Shown piece by piece: positions 1-12,775 of a stretch of DNA of 64,000 bases. The position numbers and the translations under genes were made by a program. Position 1 is the stretch's first letter, and the number at the start of each line of letters is the position of its first letter. The stretch spans positions 22,704,464 through 22,768,463 of the forward strand of contig NC_043011.1 in assembly GCF_006345805.1 (NCBI RefSeq). Direction: 5' to 3'. Source of the DNA: Octopus sinensis. Lineage: Eukaryota. The notes below the pieces were generated by a model. That model ran no database searches. It was not told the origin of the DNA and saw only the letters and a list, made by a program, of their open reading frames with translations.

Positions 1-106
<106 letters not shown>

Positions 107-708
107 TGTGTTTGTCCCCACAACATCGCTTGACAACCGATGCTGGTGTGTTTATATCCCCGTCGGGGAAAAAGAGACAAAAAAAGAGACCGATAGAATA
201 AGTACTGGGCTTACAAAGAATAAGTCCCGGAGTCGATTTGCTCGACTAAAGGCGGTGCTCCCGCATGGCCGCAGTCAAATGACTGAAACAAGTAAAAGAG
301 TAAAAGAGTAAAGAGTAGTCTTAAGCCTCTCGAGATGCAAATAATATTATATATGTATGCGTGAATATATGTAAGTATGCATGTGTATATAGTAACAAAC
401 ATATCATATATATATATAATAACAAAATAATATATAAAACATATGCATATATACATACGTATATGTTCATACCTACATCTATATGTATATATACATGCAT
501 ATATGGGTACAGGACAACAAAAAAACGTTGAACACAATGAGAAACGAAAACATAAAAACAAAAACATGGAAACGGACTTTTTTTCAAACAACGAAAAAAC
601 AGAGTACAAGTCATACAACACAAAGAATATTCCCCTTCTTCAGTTGCCCCTGTTTCGGCTACTCCGCGTTTCGAAGGTAAGGGCAAGGCGCGACTTCGTT
701 GAAACAGT

Positions 709-758
<50 letters not shown>

Positions 759-761
<3 letters not shown>

Positions 762-1016
762 GAAGGTTTGGAGATGATGTACAGGTATTATATATTAGAA
801 AAATTGAGGTAATCAGATCAGATGGTTCATATTTGTAGATATTTATTTATATATTACATTTTTTACATATATATCATATCATTCGGATTAGCGCTTGCTC
901 CCATTCTAGTGGGAGCAAGCGCTAATCCGAATGATATGATATATATGTAAAAAATGTAATATATAAATAAATATCTACAAATAGAACCATCTGATCTGAT
1001 TACCTCAATTTTTCTA

Positions 1017-1069
<53 letters not shown>

Positions 1070-1326
1070 TATATATATCGGAAGGTTTGGAGATGATGTA
1101 CAGGTATTATATATTAGAAAAATTGAGGTAATCAGATCAGATGTTCATATTTGTAGATATTTATTTATATATTACATTTTTTACATATATATCATATCAT
1201 TCGGATTAGCGCTTGCTCCCATTCTAGTGGGAGCAAGCGCTAATCCGAATGATATGATATATATGTAAAAAATGTATATATAAATAATATCTACAAATAT
1301 GAACCATCTGATCTGATTACCTCAAT

Positions 1327-1340
<14 letters not shown>
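759..1340. repeat. Two tandem copies (period about 319 bp) of a long near-perfect palindrome with about 115-bp arms; Penelope-type inverted terminus
   Basis: Arms about 789-903 and 910-1022 around loop ttctag; second copy 1078-1340; flanked by (TA)n. Confidence 0.85.
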
Positions 1341-1375
<35 letters not shown>

Positions 1376-1557
1376 TATTATATATACCACCTTCGGGAAA
1401 GAGGAGTGTCAGAAGAAACAAACATGAAATATTTGAAAAAATCAGCTTATCCAATTCTTTTTTCAAATATATACAATGCAATATCTATATAAGTATCATA
1501 CACACACAAACACACTCACACACAAACAAACAAACACACACACACACACACACACAC

Positions 1558-1590
<33 letters not shown>

Positions 1591-1639
1591 TATAAAGCGC
1601 CTTAGCTTTATGGCACTTAGCGAAACCAATGGATACTCA

Positions 1640-1990
1640 ATGACCGGCCATAACTCCCTTCTATACTGAGACTCCATTTGATGTGCTGCAGTATACGTAT
1701 GCTGATCTTGGGAAAGTGCCATCTCCCTTCTCTCTCGAGACTCCATCTGATGTGCTGCAGCATGCATTTTCTGATCTTGGGAAAGTCTCATCTCCCTTCT
1801 CTATTGAAATTCCATTTACGTCCTGCAGCATGTGTTTGCTGATCTTGAGAGAGGTTCATCTTATTTCTCTCTTGAGACTCTCGCCTTCGGTTTTCTACAA
1901 TCTTCCTTGCTTTATATTTGTTTCTGGAGAGATTACGTCTTTTCTATAGTGGCATAGATTTTTCAATATTGTAAGCCAAAAATTATGAAC
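1640..1990 (-). mobile_element. Probable Helitron Rep-helicase N-terminal remnant with 23-aa repeats
   Basis: KRRNLSRNKYKARK..RRES followed by about 69-bp repeats (MRLSQDQKMHAAAHQMESRERRE), resembling Helitron N-termini; contains stops and frameshifts. Confidence 0.45.
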
Positions 1991-2812
1991 ATAGAAGAAA
2001 TTATACAATAATCGCTATTATTGTAAGCAGTTGTATGTATGTAGTATGTCTTCATTTTTGTATGCAGTATAAATTAACCAAATGTAAGCAAATTAACCAA
2101 ATAGAAGCACATGTATGAACTGCTAATTTAACGGTAAATTTTCAGCTACTGCGATAATTATTAACTGGTAATTGAATGGTAAATGTGTATTCTTATATAC
2201 CTAGGACGTGCCACCTCATTGTTTTTTGTCAAGAGTTTCATCTCCAGCCGTTCGTTATGTCAGTCAACACACATACCCTGACACACCATTTCGCTGTCGT
2301 GGCCGTAAAGACGGAAAGTTGTCGATGCATTATGTTGTTCACATTAGGATATAATCAGAATTAAAAGTGAAAGAATAAAAGTGAAACAATATTATAGTCT
2401 TATCACATAATTAAAAGTGAAAGAATAAAAGTGAAACAATACTATATCACGTTACAATATAGATGTTATTCTTTCACTTTTGACATGTAATACTGAACCA
2501 GTGCTAATGTTGTATTGTTTTAATCCAAATGAAAACAAATACGTGTTGACACTCAGAAGGCCTGATATTATTACCATGTAAAATTTGATTTGATTTGGTC
2601 GAGCCGTTTGAGAATGCATTGAGAACAGGCGGACAAAGGATTTGTGTATGCATATGTACATGTATATATATGCATATACATATATTTACATATTTGTATA
2701 TACATATATATATATGCATATTTGTGAGTGTGTGCGTGAGTATCAATATAGAGAGCAATAATAGAGATATCGAGAAAGAATAAGAAATAACCTCCATGGA
2801 TATTTTACTTAC

Positions 2813-2984
2813 CAGAACCTAAAATGAACGTTGATAAAAGAAGGAAACCCACTCCATAACTAACATTCTCCGCAATAAGGCGTCCATTAAACGGGGTGAA
2901 ACTGTAGATACACAGCAAAACAAAAGCCAGAAAAGTAATATAAAGACATGCTATGGTCGCAGACGACGGACGTATCGCCGCCAT
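2813..2984 (-). CDS. First coding exon of an unidentified membrane-protein gene (MAAIRPSSATIACLYITFLAFVLLCIYSFTPFNGRLIAENVSYGVGFLLLSTFILGS + 1 nt); gene continues left of the window
   Basis: Strong start context aacATGGCGGCG at 2984, 57 open codons with two hydrophobic stretches, and a consensus donor G|gtaagt at 2812. The start is locally CpG-rich. Read-through stops 2 codons into the intron, so it falls below the ORF-track cutoff. Confidence 0.7.
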
Positions 2985-3576
2985 GTTGCATTTTCACGCG
3001 ATTTTTCACCTTTCTACTGTTTATGCTTCACTCTTTGATCTCTGCAATATACGAAGAAATATATAATTAAGATTCCCTCACTTGTTTCTTTAGAGATGAA
3101 TGGTAAATAGTAAGAAGTAATTGAACTGCCTACATTAATCTAAATTTTCTAATCTAGCAGAAAGATGCAGTCTTAACAATACAACAAATCCTTCGCCTTC
3201 TGAAAAATGACCGACTTGCTTTCACTATGTATTAGTTATTTGTTAATTTCGAATTGGATATATCTATTTTTTCAGATCATTTTCCTGGTTGCCAAGAACA
3301 AGAACGCTATGTTCCCGGAAATATTTTATTTGTTACCGATTCTTGCATGACTTTGCTGAGTGTACAAGCCTTAATGTATTGTCAGCAGAAAATAGTCACG
3401 TAGAACAAACATTGCAAAGTAAATAATCGTTATGAAACGTTTCCTTACCCCTCTTCTCACGCTCTCTTCCTTTTCTTCCTTCTCTCTTTCCTTTTTCTTT
3501 CTTGCTTTCTTTCTTTCTTTCTCTCTCTCTTCACACACACACACACGTATATACATACATACCCACATGCATACAT

Positions 3577-3655
<79 letters not shown>

Positions 3656-3749
3656 CATACATATACACATACATACAAATATATATTCTTTTATTTATTT
3701 CATACGATTCAGCGCTAAGGCTGTGACCATGCTGGAGCACCGCTAGTGT

Positions 3750-4334
3750 AATTTCAATGGTCAATCTTATGTAATTGGCTTTTGGTGAAAGAGGCAGCTC
3801 GACACTGCTGCCCTCTTTTGAGTTTCCTGCCTTGATATAGGTTCATCCTCCATAGAACCAGCATAGTTTCCTGGTCCCTTGTTTTGAAGGTTCTCAGAAT
3901 CCATCTGGTCATTCGCCTGCACATGGCCACCATCTAGTAGGTGATCGTGTACGTGAAACGAGGCATCAGTCCCTAGATCACGCATGGTACGTGACTCTGG
4001 GATTGCAGCTTGTGAGCACCAATTAGCTGGTAGCGGGAACTTATATATATATTAGGTTGTCAAGAAAGTTCTTAGCAGGAACCTATATATATATATGCAT
4101 GTATATGCAGTTAAGTCTATATCCAGTCACAGAGTGACCAATAGTTTCGCATCCCTAAAGGGCTTAGCCCCATGTATGGCTCATCGGACTTTAAAGCCGA
4201 AGCTATTTATCACTTCAACTCTGAGCTCAGAGTTATATGACCGGACATAGACTTAACAGCATAAAAACACATTACTGCTCTTTACTGCTCTCAGCTTTAG
4301 TGTGTGCTTCTTTCTCGGATATGTAATACATTGA

Positions 4335-4372
<38 letters not shown>

Positions 4373-4830
4373 AGTATATATATATGGAGTATATATATAT
4401 GTGTGTATATACACTCCAACGATTGGTGTCAGTCCCTCCAGGATTTTCCATATATATATCACTGCATACCTCTCCCGTTTTCGCTCCAGGGAATAGAGCC
4501 GTAGCGCTTCAGTCTCTCCTAGTAGCTCAGCTGTTCTATTGATGAAATCTTCCTGGTATAGCACCACTAAATTGCCCCATGTTATGCTATTAATTTTACT
4601 CTGTAGGGTTACCACAGTTGAGAGCAATTGTCCAGGCGGCTAAGTACAAATGTCCCCCATAGAACCAGTATGTTTTGAAGGTTCTCAGAATCCATCAGGT
4701 CATTCGTCTGCACATGGTCACCATCTAGGTAATGTGTATGTGAAACGATGCATCAGTCCCCGGATCACACACTGTACGTAACTCTGAGATTGCAGCTTGT
4801 GAGCACCAATTAGCTGGTAGCGGGAACCTA
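3750..4830 (-). mobile_element. CR1/L2-type LINE reverse transcriptase C-terminal fragments, partly duplicated
   Basis: RDLG..DASF, WILRTFKT, VLSRLD.CSQLW.P, LRLYSLERKRERY..IYIWKILEGL.P; 3853-4073 duplicated at 4658-4860. Confidence 0.75.
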
Positions 4831-4838
4831 TAAATATA

Positions 4839-6020
4839 TTAGGTTGTCAAGAAAGTTCTTGCGGTTTTTAACCTTTAAATTTAGATGCACATATCTCGGC
4901 TCAAACAAAACTTTTTAAATCGAAATCAATACACTTTTGCCAACGCGAAACAAGTTTATTTATGCCAATAGTGCAAAAATCCTGCGTCCTGGTGGCGATG
5001 AAGTCGTTGAAGGCGTGTTTGGTATCGTCTTGGTTTTTGAAGCATTTCTCTAGAGGAAGTTGTCGAGATGCTTGAAAAAGTGGTAGTCGGTAAGCGAGAG
5101 GTCTGGTGAGTATGGCGGATGAGGCAGAGTTTCGTAACCCAATTCGTTCAACTTCTGCAGGGTCAGTTGTGCGACGTGCGGCCGAGCGTTGTCGTGGAGA
5201 AGAATTGGTCCTTTTCTATTGACCAATGCTGGCTGTTGTCGTCGGAGTTTCTTATGCATTTCATCCATTTGCTGACAGTACTTCTCCGCCGTAATGGTTT
5301 CGCCTAGATCCAAAAAGCTGTGATGGATGAGACCGGCCGCAGACCACCAAACAGACACCATAACCTTCTTTTGGTGCAACTTAGGCTTCGGGAAGTGCCA
5401 TAGAGCTTCGTCGGCGTCCAACCACTGAGCTGAGCGTCGCCGGTTGTCGTAAAGAATTAATTTTTTATCGCAAGTCCTGATATTATTACCATGTAAAATT
5501 TGATTTGATTTGGTTGAGCCGTTTGAGAATGTATTGAGAACAGACAGACAAAGGATTTGTGTATGCATATGTGCATGTATATATATGCATATACATATAT
5601 TTACATATTTGCATATACATATATATATGCATATGTGTGAGTGTGTGCGTGAGTATCAATATAGAGAGCAATAATAGAGATATCGAGAAAGAATAAGAAA
5701 TAACCTCCATGGATATTTTACTTACCTAAATCCGATCGAGATTGTTGGGAAGACGACACTTCAAAACGGCGTTATTTTCCTTTTTTTTTTTCGGTTGTCG
5801 TTCATTTCGTGCGGCACCCATTTCTCAAGTAATTTTGTTTTTCCAATCTCTTTCAAGTGGTTGGAAATTGTCGTATCCATTACATCTAATTCAGAAGCAA
5901 GCTCTTGAACAGTTGTGTGTGGATTGGCTTCGACTAAGGATCTTAGTTGATCGTTGTCAACATCCGATGGCCGACCACTACGCTAATCATCTTCAAGACT
6001 CTCGTCACCGCTACGAAATT
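4839..6020 (-). mobile_element. Mariner (Hsmar1/SETMAR-like) transposase pseudogene with one TIR, interrupted by a 250-bp insert
   Basis: TA + TIR ttaggttgtcaagaaagttctt; KKVMVSVWW, LLHDNARPH, HPPYSPDL..DYHFF motifs. Confidence 0.93.
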
Positions 6021-6026
6021 TAAATT

Positions 6027-6078
<52 letters not shown>

Positions 6079-6410
6079 TGTATGTATGTATGTATGTATG
6101 TATGTATGTATGTGTGTGTGTTTATGTGTGTATTATGTATGTATGTATGTATGTATGTATGTATGTATGTATGTATGTATGTATGTATGTATGCATGTAT
6201 GTATAGGTATTCATTCGATTAGTAGACAAAATCTTTCTCTATCGATGTTAAACATTTTAAAACAAAGGAGCTTGGGAATGCACTTCAATAAGAGAGCTTG
6301 AGTACTTGATTGAAATTTTTGGGTAATATAAACAAAGAATACGAAAGTGGATCTGGTCTTTTAAACTCACGATATTGCATATGTGAAACCCAATCGTACA
6401 TGTAAATTTG

Positions 6411-7636
6411 TACGAGGGTTGGCTGAAAAGTTTATAGGTTGACCAAGATACACTCACGAAATACTACCAAATGAGGTTTATTTTGAAACATACTCCCACT
6501 TGCAGTTTACACACTTCTTCCAGCGGTGTTGTTGTGCTTGGATCCAAGTGGTGAAGAAGTCATCAACAGCAGATGTGACGTCCTCATCACTCCGATACTG
6601 GTTCCCATCCAAGTGCTTTTTCGAGTTGGTGAACAGATGATAGTCAGATGGGGCCAAATCAGGAGAATAGTGATGGTGATCAACCAGTTCAAAGCCACAG
6701 TCACGCACAGCAGCCTTTGAAACCAAGGATTTATGTGCTGGAGCATTGTCCAGATGAAACAAGATCCCTTTCGTCAGTTTTCCTGGGCGTTTGGTCTTGA
6801 TAGCCTTTCGTAACTGCCTCAGCAAAATGGCATATTACATTCCATTGATGGTGTGGCTCTTTTGAAGATAATCAATAAATAAAATGTCTTTTGCATTCCC
6901 CATTGGCCTTCTTTAGAGCAGGTGAGGAGGGTGCTTCTACTGCTTAGATTGTCTTTTTGGCTTTGGCTCAAAGTGATGAAGTCAACACTCATCCTGGATT
7001 AGGAAACACTCAAGGAAACAAGCTGAATCTGCCTCAAACAATGTCAGATTTTCCCGTAGTGTGATAGCCTGGTGCGCTTTTAATCCGGTATCAGAAGGCA
7101 TGGCACCCACCGAACAGAAAGTTTCGTGAAACTAAGTTCATAGTGTAGAATATTCTTAACTCTCACACAAGATAAGCTAATAGCATTGGTTATTTGATTT
7201 ATAGTTAATCGCCTGTCATTCATCACCATGTGGTGAACACAATCAGTGTTTCCCCGTTGGTGGCACTTGCAAGATGTTAGATCTTGGGTCACATTCAACA
7301 CTCTCCCTTCCCCTCCTCCATTCGGCTGCCCCCTTTTGATAAAGCTAGAGCGTCATCCTCTGATATAATAACCATGTCAGCATGAATGTCCTTGGGGGCT
7401 AAACCCTTTTTTCTGCAAGTATTTGATAACACCACGATGACAAGTTTTGCCCATTTTCATGAGAAGTCGCTATTAGTTACTTTTGAAGTCTTCTTTGAGC
7501 AGTCAGATGTCAGTTTATCTTGAAAGAAACAATGCTGTTATTAATAAGAAGGATTGAAATTAACGTACGTAAGATTTCACAGCTTTAACATCACCCCTTC
7601 ATAGCTAGCTTAGGAACTTTTCAGCCCACACCCGTT
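6411..7636 (-). mobile_element. Near full-length degenerate mariner element
   Basis: TIRs TAcgagggttggctgaaaagtt / aacttttcagcccacacccg; WVP.LL, DNAPAH and YSPDLAPSDYHLF motifs, with frameshifts. Confidence 0.92.
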
Positions 7637-7877
7637 TGCAGAACAGGCTCCTAGAATATTTTCTCTCAACAATATTGTTTACATTCATAATCAGCTTCAT
7701 TACATTCTATTACAATATATATTTTTAACTCGTGCTACTGCCAACTGAGAAGAATATCATGACTGAGGAGGTCTAATAAAACCGAAACATATCGGTCACT
7801 TTCGCTATCAGACACATATCAGTTTAAGTACCAGATGATCTATCTACTGCCTTTTAATGTACATTTTAAACAAGCAC

Positions 7878-8440
7878 GACTGTGAGGTTAAAAAGTTAGC
7901 TTGTAACCACGAGGTTTATGGTTCAGAACCACAGTGCGGCACTTTGAGCAAGTGTCTTCTGCTATAACCCCGAGCTGCCCAATGTCCTAAGGAGAAATTA
8001 GGTAGACGGAAACTGAAAATAGACCGTCGTTTTATATGCGTGAACGTGTGTTTGTAGGTATTTGTGCTTGTCCCCTTACTGCTTGAAAACCGGTGATGGT
8101 TTGCTTACGTCCTTGTAACTTCGCGGTTCGGGAACTGTAAAAGAGACCAATGAAATAAGTACCAGACTTTTATATCTTTGTATTTGATATATAACAAAAC
8201 GAAGCAGGGATTAGGGAGGAATTATATGCACGACGCACTTCTATTAATAATCAAAGGTTCACAGTGAACTGCTACCTACACGAACTGCCAACCTTTCAGT
8301 CATTTGAGGGATGGTCGGAATCTTTCCACAACACATATTTCAAAAAAATAAATACTAGGATCGATTTGTCCGCTAAATCCTTCAAAGTGGTGCTCCGGCA
8401 TGGTCACAGTCCAATGACAGAAACGAGTAAAAGGTAAAAG
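7878..8440 (+). mobile_element. CORE-like tRNA-derived SINE, diverged and interrupted
   Basis: Similar to the intact copy at 62224-62633. Confidence 0.7.
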
Positions 8441-8894
8441 AATGACCTCGTGTTTTAACAGCTACACCAATGCTAACAATTTTGGAAATGGCACGACCAC
8501 CATGAGAACTTTTTAACCCACATCCTTATATGTTGCCTTTATGGTTTTGGAAATGAGATGAACATCATGATAACCCTATTTCGTCCTAATTCTTAAAAAA
8601 AACTCGGTCTTTGTGTCGAGCTTAACAGAAATTGCACTTCTCTTATATTTTGGTGGGATTCTAAGTTTAAGCTATTCTTGGTCAATACATAATTTTATTT
8701 TATGAAAAGTAGCTGTAATTTCAATTGCAGACTAGAGTCTTGAGAAACATTGACTTCATGTGCTACTTGCCTTTTATAAAGTACTTGAAGATGAGAACTA
8801 GCGGCAAACCACCTCGGAGGCTTCTAAATTACCACTCCACCGACTGAAGAGATTGCTACCAAGTCTTGTTCAGATCCCACCTAGTGTCAGAAAC

Positions 8895-9415
8895 GAGCTG
8901 GCAGAAACGTTAGCGCGCCGGGCGAAATGCTTAGCGGTATTTCGTCTGCCGAGGTCGACTTTGCCTTTCATCCTTTCAGGGTCGATTAAATAAGTACCAG
9001 TTACCTACTGGGGTCGATATAATCGACTTATTCAGTTTCTCTGTCCTTGTTTGTCCCCTCTGTGTTTAGCCCTTTGTGGGTAGTAAAGAAATAGGTATTT
9101 CGTCTGCCGTTACGTTCTGAGTTCAAATTCCGCCGAGGTCGACTTTGCCTTTCATCCTTTCGGGGTCGATTAAATAAGTAGCAGTTATGCACTGGGGTCG
9201 ATATAATCGACTTAATCCGTTTGTCTGTCCTTGTTTGTCCTCTCTGTGTTTAGCCCCTTATGGGTAGTAAATAAATAAGTATTTCGTCTGTCGTTACGTT
9301 CTGAGTTCAAATTCCGCCGAGGTCGACTTTGCCTTTCATCCTTTCGGGGTCGATAAATAAAGTACCAGTTACGCACTGGGGTCGATGTAATCGACTTAAT
9401 CCCTTTGTCTGTCCT
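8895..9415 (+). mobile_element. Nin-domain tRNA SINE with a tandemly triplicated body
   Basis: Head gagctggcagaaacgttagc; core gccgaggtcgactttgcctttcatcctttcggggtcgat; units start at 8937, 9095, 9279. Confidence 0.85.
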
Positions 9416-10069
9416 AATACTGTCATTTAAAGAAATGAATGTTACATTAGACGATAATAGTGCTGGATGTTCCATGTCTAAAGTTGAAGTTAGGTTATGT
9501 ACGAAATGCCTTTCTTTTTAGGTCTGCTCATCAAGGCTGACCTGGGTGCTAAGCAACAGCAACAATGTCATCAACAACGAAAGTTGTGGTAGTGAGCGAA
9601 CGGCTCGGTAAGATTTAGAATAAAAAAGTATGTTTAGTCTATTGTGGTTTATATTATCCAGAGTAAACTTATTTACAAGTGTTGCGAACTTGATGTTTGC
9701 TGATTTATTTATTTTTCAATTTTATCATATTTGTTTATTTCATTTTTGTTTTTTTAAATACCACACAGACAGATGAGTGTAGATACCTGTAAAACTCATT
9801 TATGGCGGTTACACCGAGCAGAGCATAATGAGTATCATATTTCACCAAGACTCATTGAGATAGAATATTTCAATTGTTCAGCTTACATGCAGTTTAATAG
9901 ACAGCAAAATAAAGTGTAACGTAACTAGCAACTATGAGCTACAGTATTACTCTCAAATGTAATAACAAAATTGCCATACGTCTAATGCGGCAGTATTACG
10001 GACGGGATGCCAAGTGTATGAGTGAATGACAAATCATATTAGATTTGCTCCCCACGTCTCACAAAATAC

Positions 10070-10620
10070 ATTTTATTTCCACAGAAGTCAAAAGATCGTA
10101 AAAAATACGGATTTTCATAGAAAAAAAGCACCTTTTTGATGTAAATAATTTTTGGTGTTATCATGGTCCGATTTGAATTTTTTCTTCTACAGAAGGAAGA
10201 GCAAGCCTTCTTCTATCATACTCTCAATTTTGGTCAACTTGCGCCGCAGAGTCTCGGAGGAGATAGTGTTAGTTGAAGGCTACCAAACCTGCCATATACA
10301 AACAACATCAGCTTTATATATATTTACTAGCAGTATCGCCCGGCGTTGCTCGGGTTTGTAAGGGAAATAACGATATAAGCATTTTTAGAGAGTTACTTCC
10401 CTTATATAACCCGAGCAAATATCATTAAAAATGTGGGAAAATGATGGTAATTTTTTTTTTTTTAATCGTAGACTCATCGTAGACGCGCGCTAATACACAG
10501 AAGGGCTCGATATGAATGACGACTATAAGATACCCGCTTTTGATTAAACTGCACCGCAAAATGTGGGAGTAGTTAGGAATCTAAATCGGAGGAGACAGAG
10601 TCTCACACACACAACTTCCG
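10070..10620 (-). mobile_element. Two abutting non-autonomous Helitron-type segments
   Basis: Minus-strand 3' end with hairpin cccgagcaacgccggg then CTAG|T at 10327-10330; Helitron-like 5' motif tatataaagctgatgttg near 10300-10320. Confidence 0.7.
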
Positions 10621-11560
10621 AGAAAGAAGCACACTATTTAGTTGTGCACCCAACAGGAAAAGTATATTAGCTAACACCTATAAAACACGGGGAGAGGCAA
10701 GTTGCTCTTGCTGGGTGTACAATGACTGTCCAGCAGGAGGCCAATGCGAGGCCGAGAGAGTCATCTATGAGGCTGTGGTGATACCCAGGCCTAGCGACCA
10801 CAGTAATAGTAATAGTAATAGTAGCAACGGATCATCCAACAACATCGACGGCATCGGGGGGCAGCGACAGCGGTAGAAACACCAGCACTGACGCCAACGA
10901 CCCCAGTACCAGCACTACGGCCGGAGAAGATGACCATGCCGACACCAGCAGTACCAGCGAGGGCTATCGGCCCCACACCCAACATTACCAACGACGGCAC
11001 ATACATCACCGACGTAGCACAAACCCAACGGCCAGGGACGACCACCACAACGAAAGCAACTACAGCAGCATTGCCAGACCCGCACATCGTAATGGTAACA
11101 GCACTGACCGCAGCCCTAACAACACCGGTGGCAACAACAACATCCCCAGGCCCGGAGCCAACCAAAGATGCATCAGTAATGCGAACGCGCAACCAACACC
11201 CAAGCCTAGAAATATATCGGGTCAGACGGGACAGCATTGAAGCGACGCCTCTACAATCACAGGTCGTCCTGCAGGGTCCCGGAAAGCGGATTCGTCACAT
11301 CCCTGGCCAGCCATGTGTAGCGCCTCAAAGATGACGGGCTCCATACGATATCAAGTAGAAGATCTTAGAACGGCCAGAAGATCTTAGAACGGCCAGGACC
11401 CTATATCAACGGGAGCATACGCTGCAAGCTTTGCATAACCGAGTGAGCTAGGATACTCAAAGACTCACTGAAACCAGAATCACAGAATACTCGCTAAGAA
11501 ATCTTCACACCATGCATCCATTTCAAGTGCTGCCTGTGCAAGCATGGGATTGCCCATTCG
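10621..11560 (+). mobile_element. Penelope-like element GIY-YIG endonuclease remnant
   Basis: SCAPN.KSIL, CSC..DCP..G.C..RVIYEAVV, KYIGSDGTALKRRLYNHRSS, TSLA.HV.RLKD, PY.NG..RCKLCITE across frameshifts. Confidence 0.8.
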
Positions 11561-12540
11561 CTAACTAAGCCCGGGAGAGTTCTTTCGATCCAAAAACAGT
11601 CCAAAGAATAAATCTCTTGTTCCCCTTTCCCGGCCTACAAATAGCTGGCCGGACTAAATCTGGCACTTATTTTATCGACTCCGAAAGGATGAAAGGCAAA
11701 GTCGACCTCAACGGAATTTGAACCTCGAACGCAAAGACAGACAAAATGTCACTCACGATTCTGCCAGCTCGCCGCCTTAGATCGCTTCATCATTGCCAGT
11801 GATCTACTGTAGCCTGCAATCGCGAGGCCTAACGATACACCTCTCACCGTTCTGATTCCTGACCTCGAGGATAAATGAAGAATGAGGAAGAACTGTTACA
11901 CAGCAGCACTAAATCCACAATAGAATTTCCTTTGCAGTCGATGAGACTGAGTCTACCTGTCCCGTATTGGCATCATCGGCAGCCAACAGCGAGATTGCAT
12001 ATACAGTTGCTGTCATGAATCTTCCTTCGCGAAGCCAAGCCTTTGATGGTGACTCCCACGCGACAAACATACCTGGCCATGAGCCGAGTTGAGTGAAAAA
12101 AAAAATCATTCTTTGAACATTGTTGTAATTGCTGCTATAGCTGTTGTTGCTAAGTAAACCTAAATTCAAAGATATTCAAATCCAGTAATAGAAGTAGATA
12201 GCAGGAATAGGGTAGGCTAAAGTCCAAGAAGCAGAGGCAAGACGCTATAAGTTACCTTCCACACTCTCATTTACCTGAAGGACAGAGGAATGTCGTCACC
12301 TTGCGTATCCTCCCAATCCCACCCCATATAACACTCCAATCACTGTTCAACCTTTAGTCATTCCATGATTTTTTTCTTTCTGACATGTAGGAATGCATTA
12401 TCCAATATGTTTCCTTTTTTTTTGTTTTTAGACATATGGTATGATTCGTGTGGTAGTTTTGGCTGCTACTTCTAGCAGAACAAGCGATCTCATAGAGGTT
12501 TTATTAGTGACTTATGTACAACAGGTGTGCACTAGTTGGA

Positions 12541-12775
12541 AGGCGGCGAGCTGGCAGAAACTTTAGTACGCCGGGCGAAATGCTTTGCAGTATTTCGTCT
12601 GCCGTTATGTTCTGAGTTCAAATTCCGCCGAGGTCGACTTTGCCTTTCATCCTTTCGGGGTCGATTAAATAAGTACTAGTTACGCACTGGGGTCGATATA
12701 ATCGACTTAATTCGCTTGTCTGTCCTTGTTTGTCCTCTCTGTGTTTAGCCCCTTGTGGGTAGTAAAGAAATAGGT
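12541..12775 (+). mobile_element. Full-length Nin-domain SINE
   Basis: Head aggcggcgagctggcag through tail aaagaaata; aggtgtgcact repeated on both flanks. Confidence 0.85.

Noticed and set aside
5050-5568. Domesticated SETMAR-like gene
   Set aside because: The ORF start is supplied by the captured intron insert, the catalytic region is disrupted, it stops prematurely, and there is no SET domain.
7755-7800. Additional hammerhead candidates (CTGAGGA..GAAA here; GAAAcagctgTA near 31543 and 48127; CTGAAGA near 640 on minus)
   Set aside because: Core or stem I/III pairing is incomplete; at best degenerate remnants.
10930-11334. Mucin-like Thr/Pro-rich ORF as a host gene
   Set aside because: It lies between the two halves of a Penelope GIY-YIG domain; no signal peptide or splice context.
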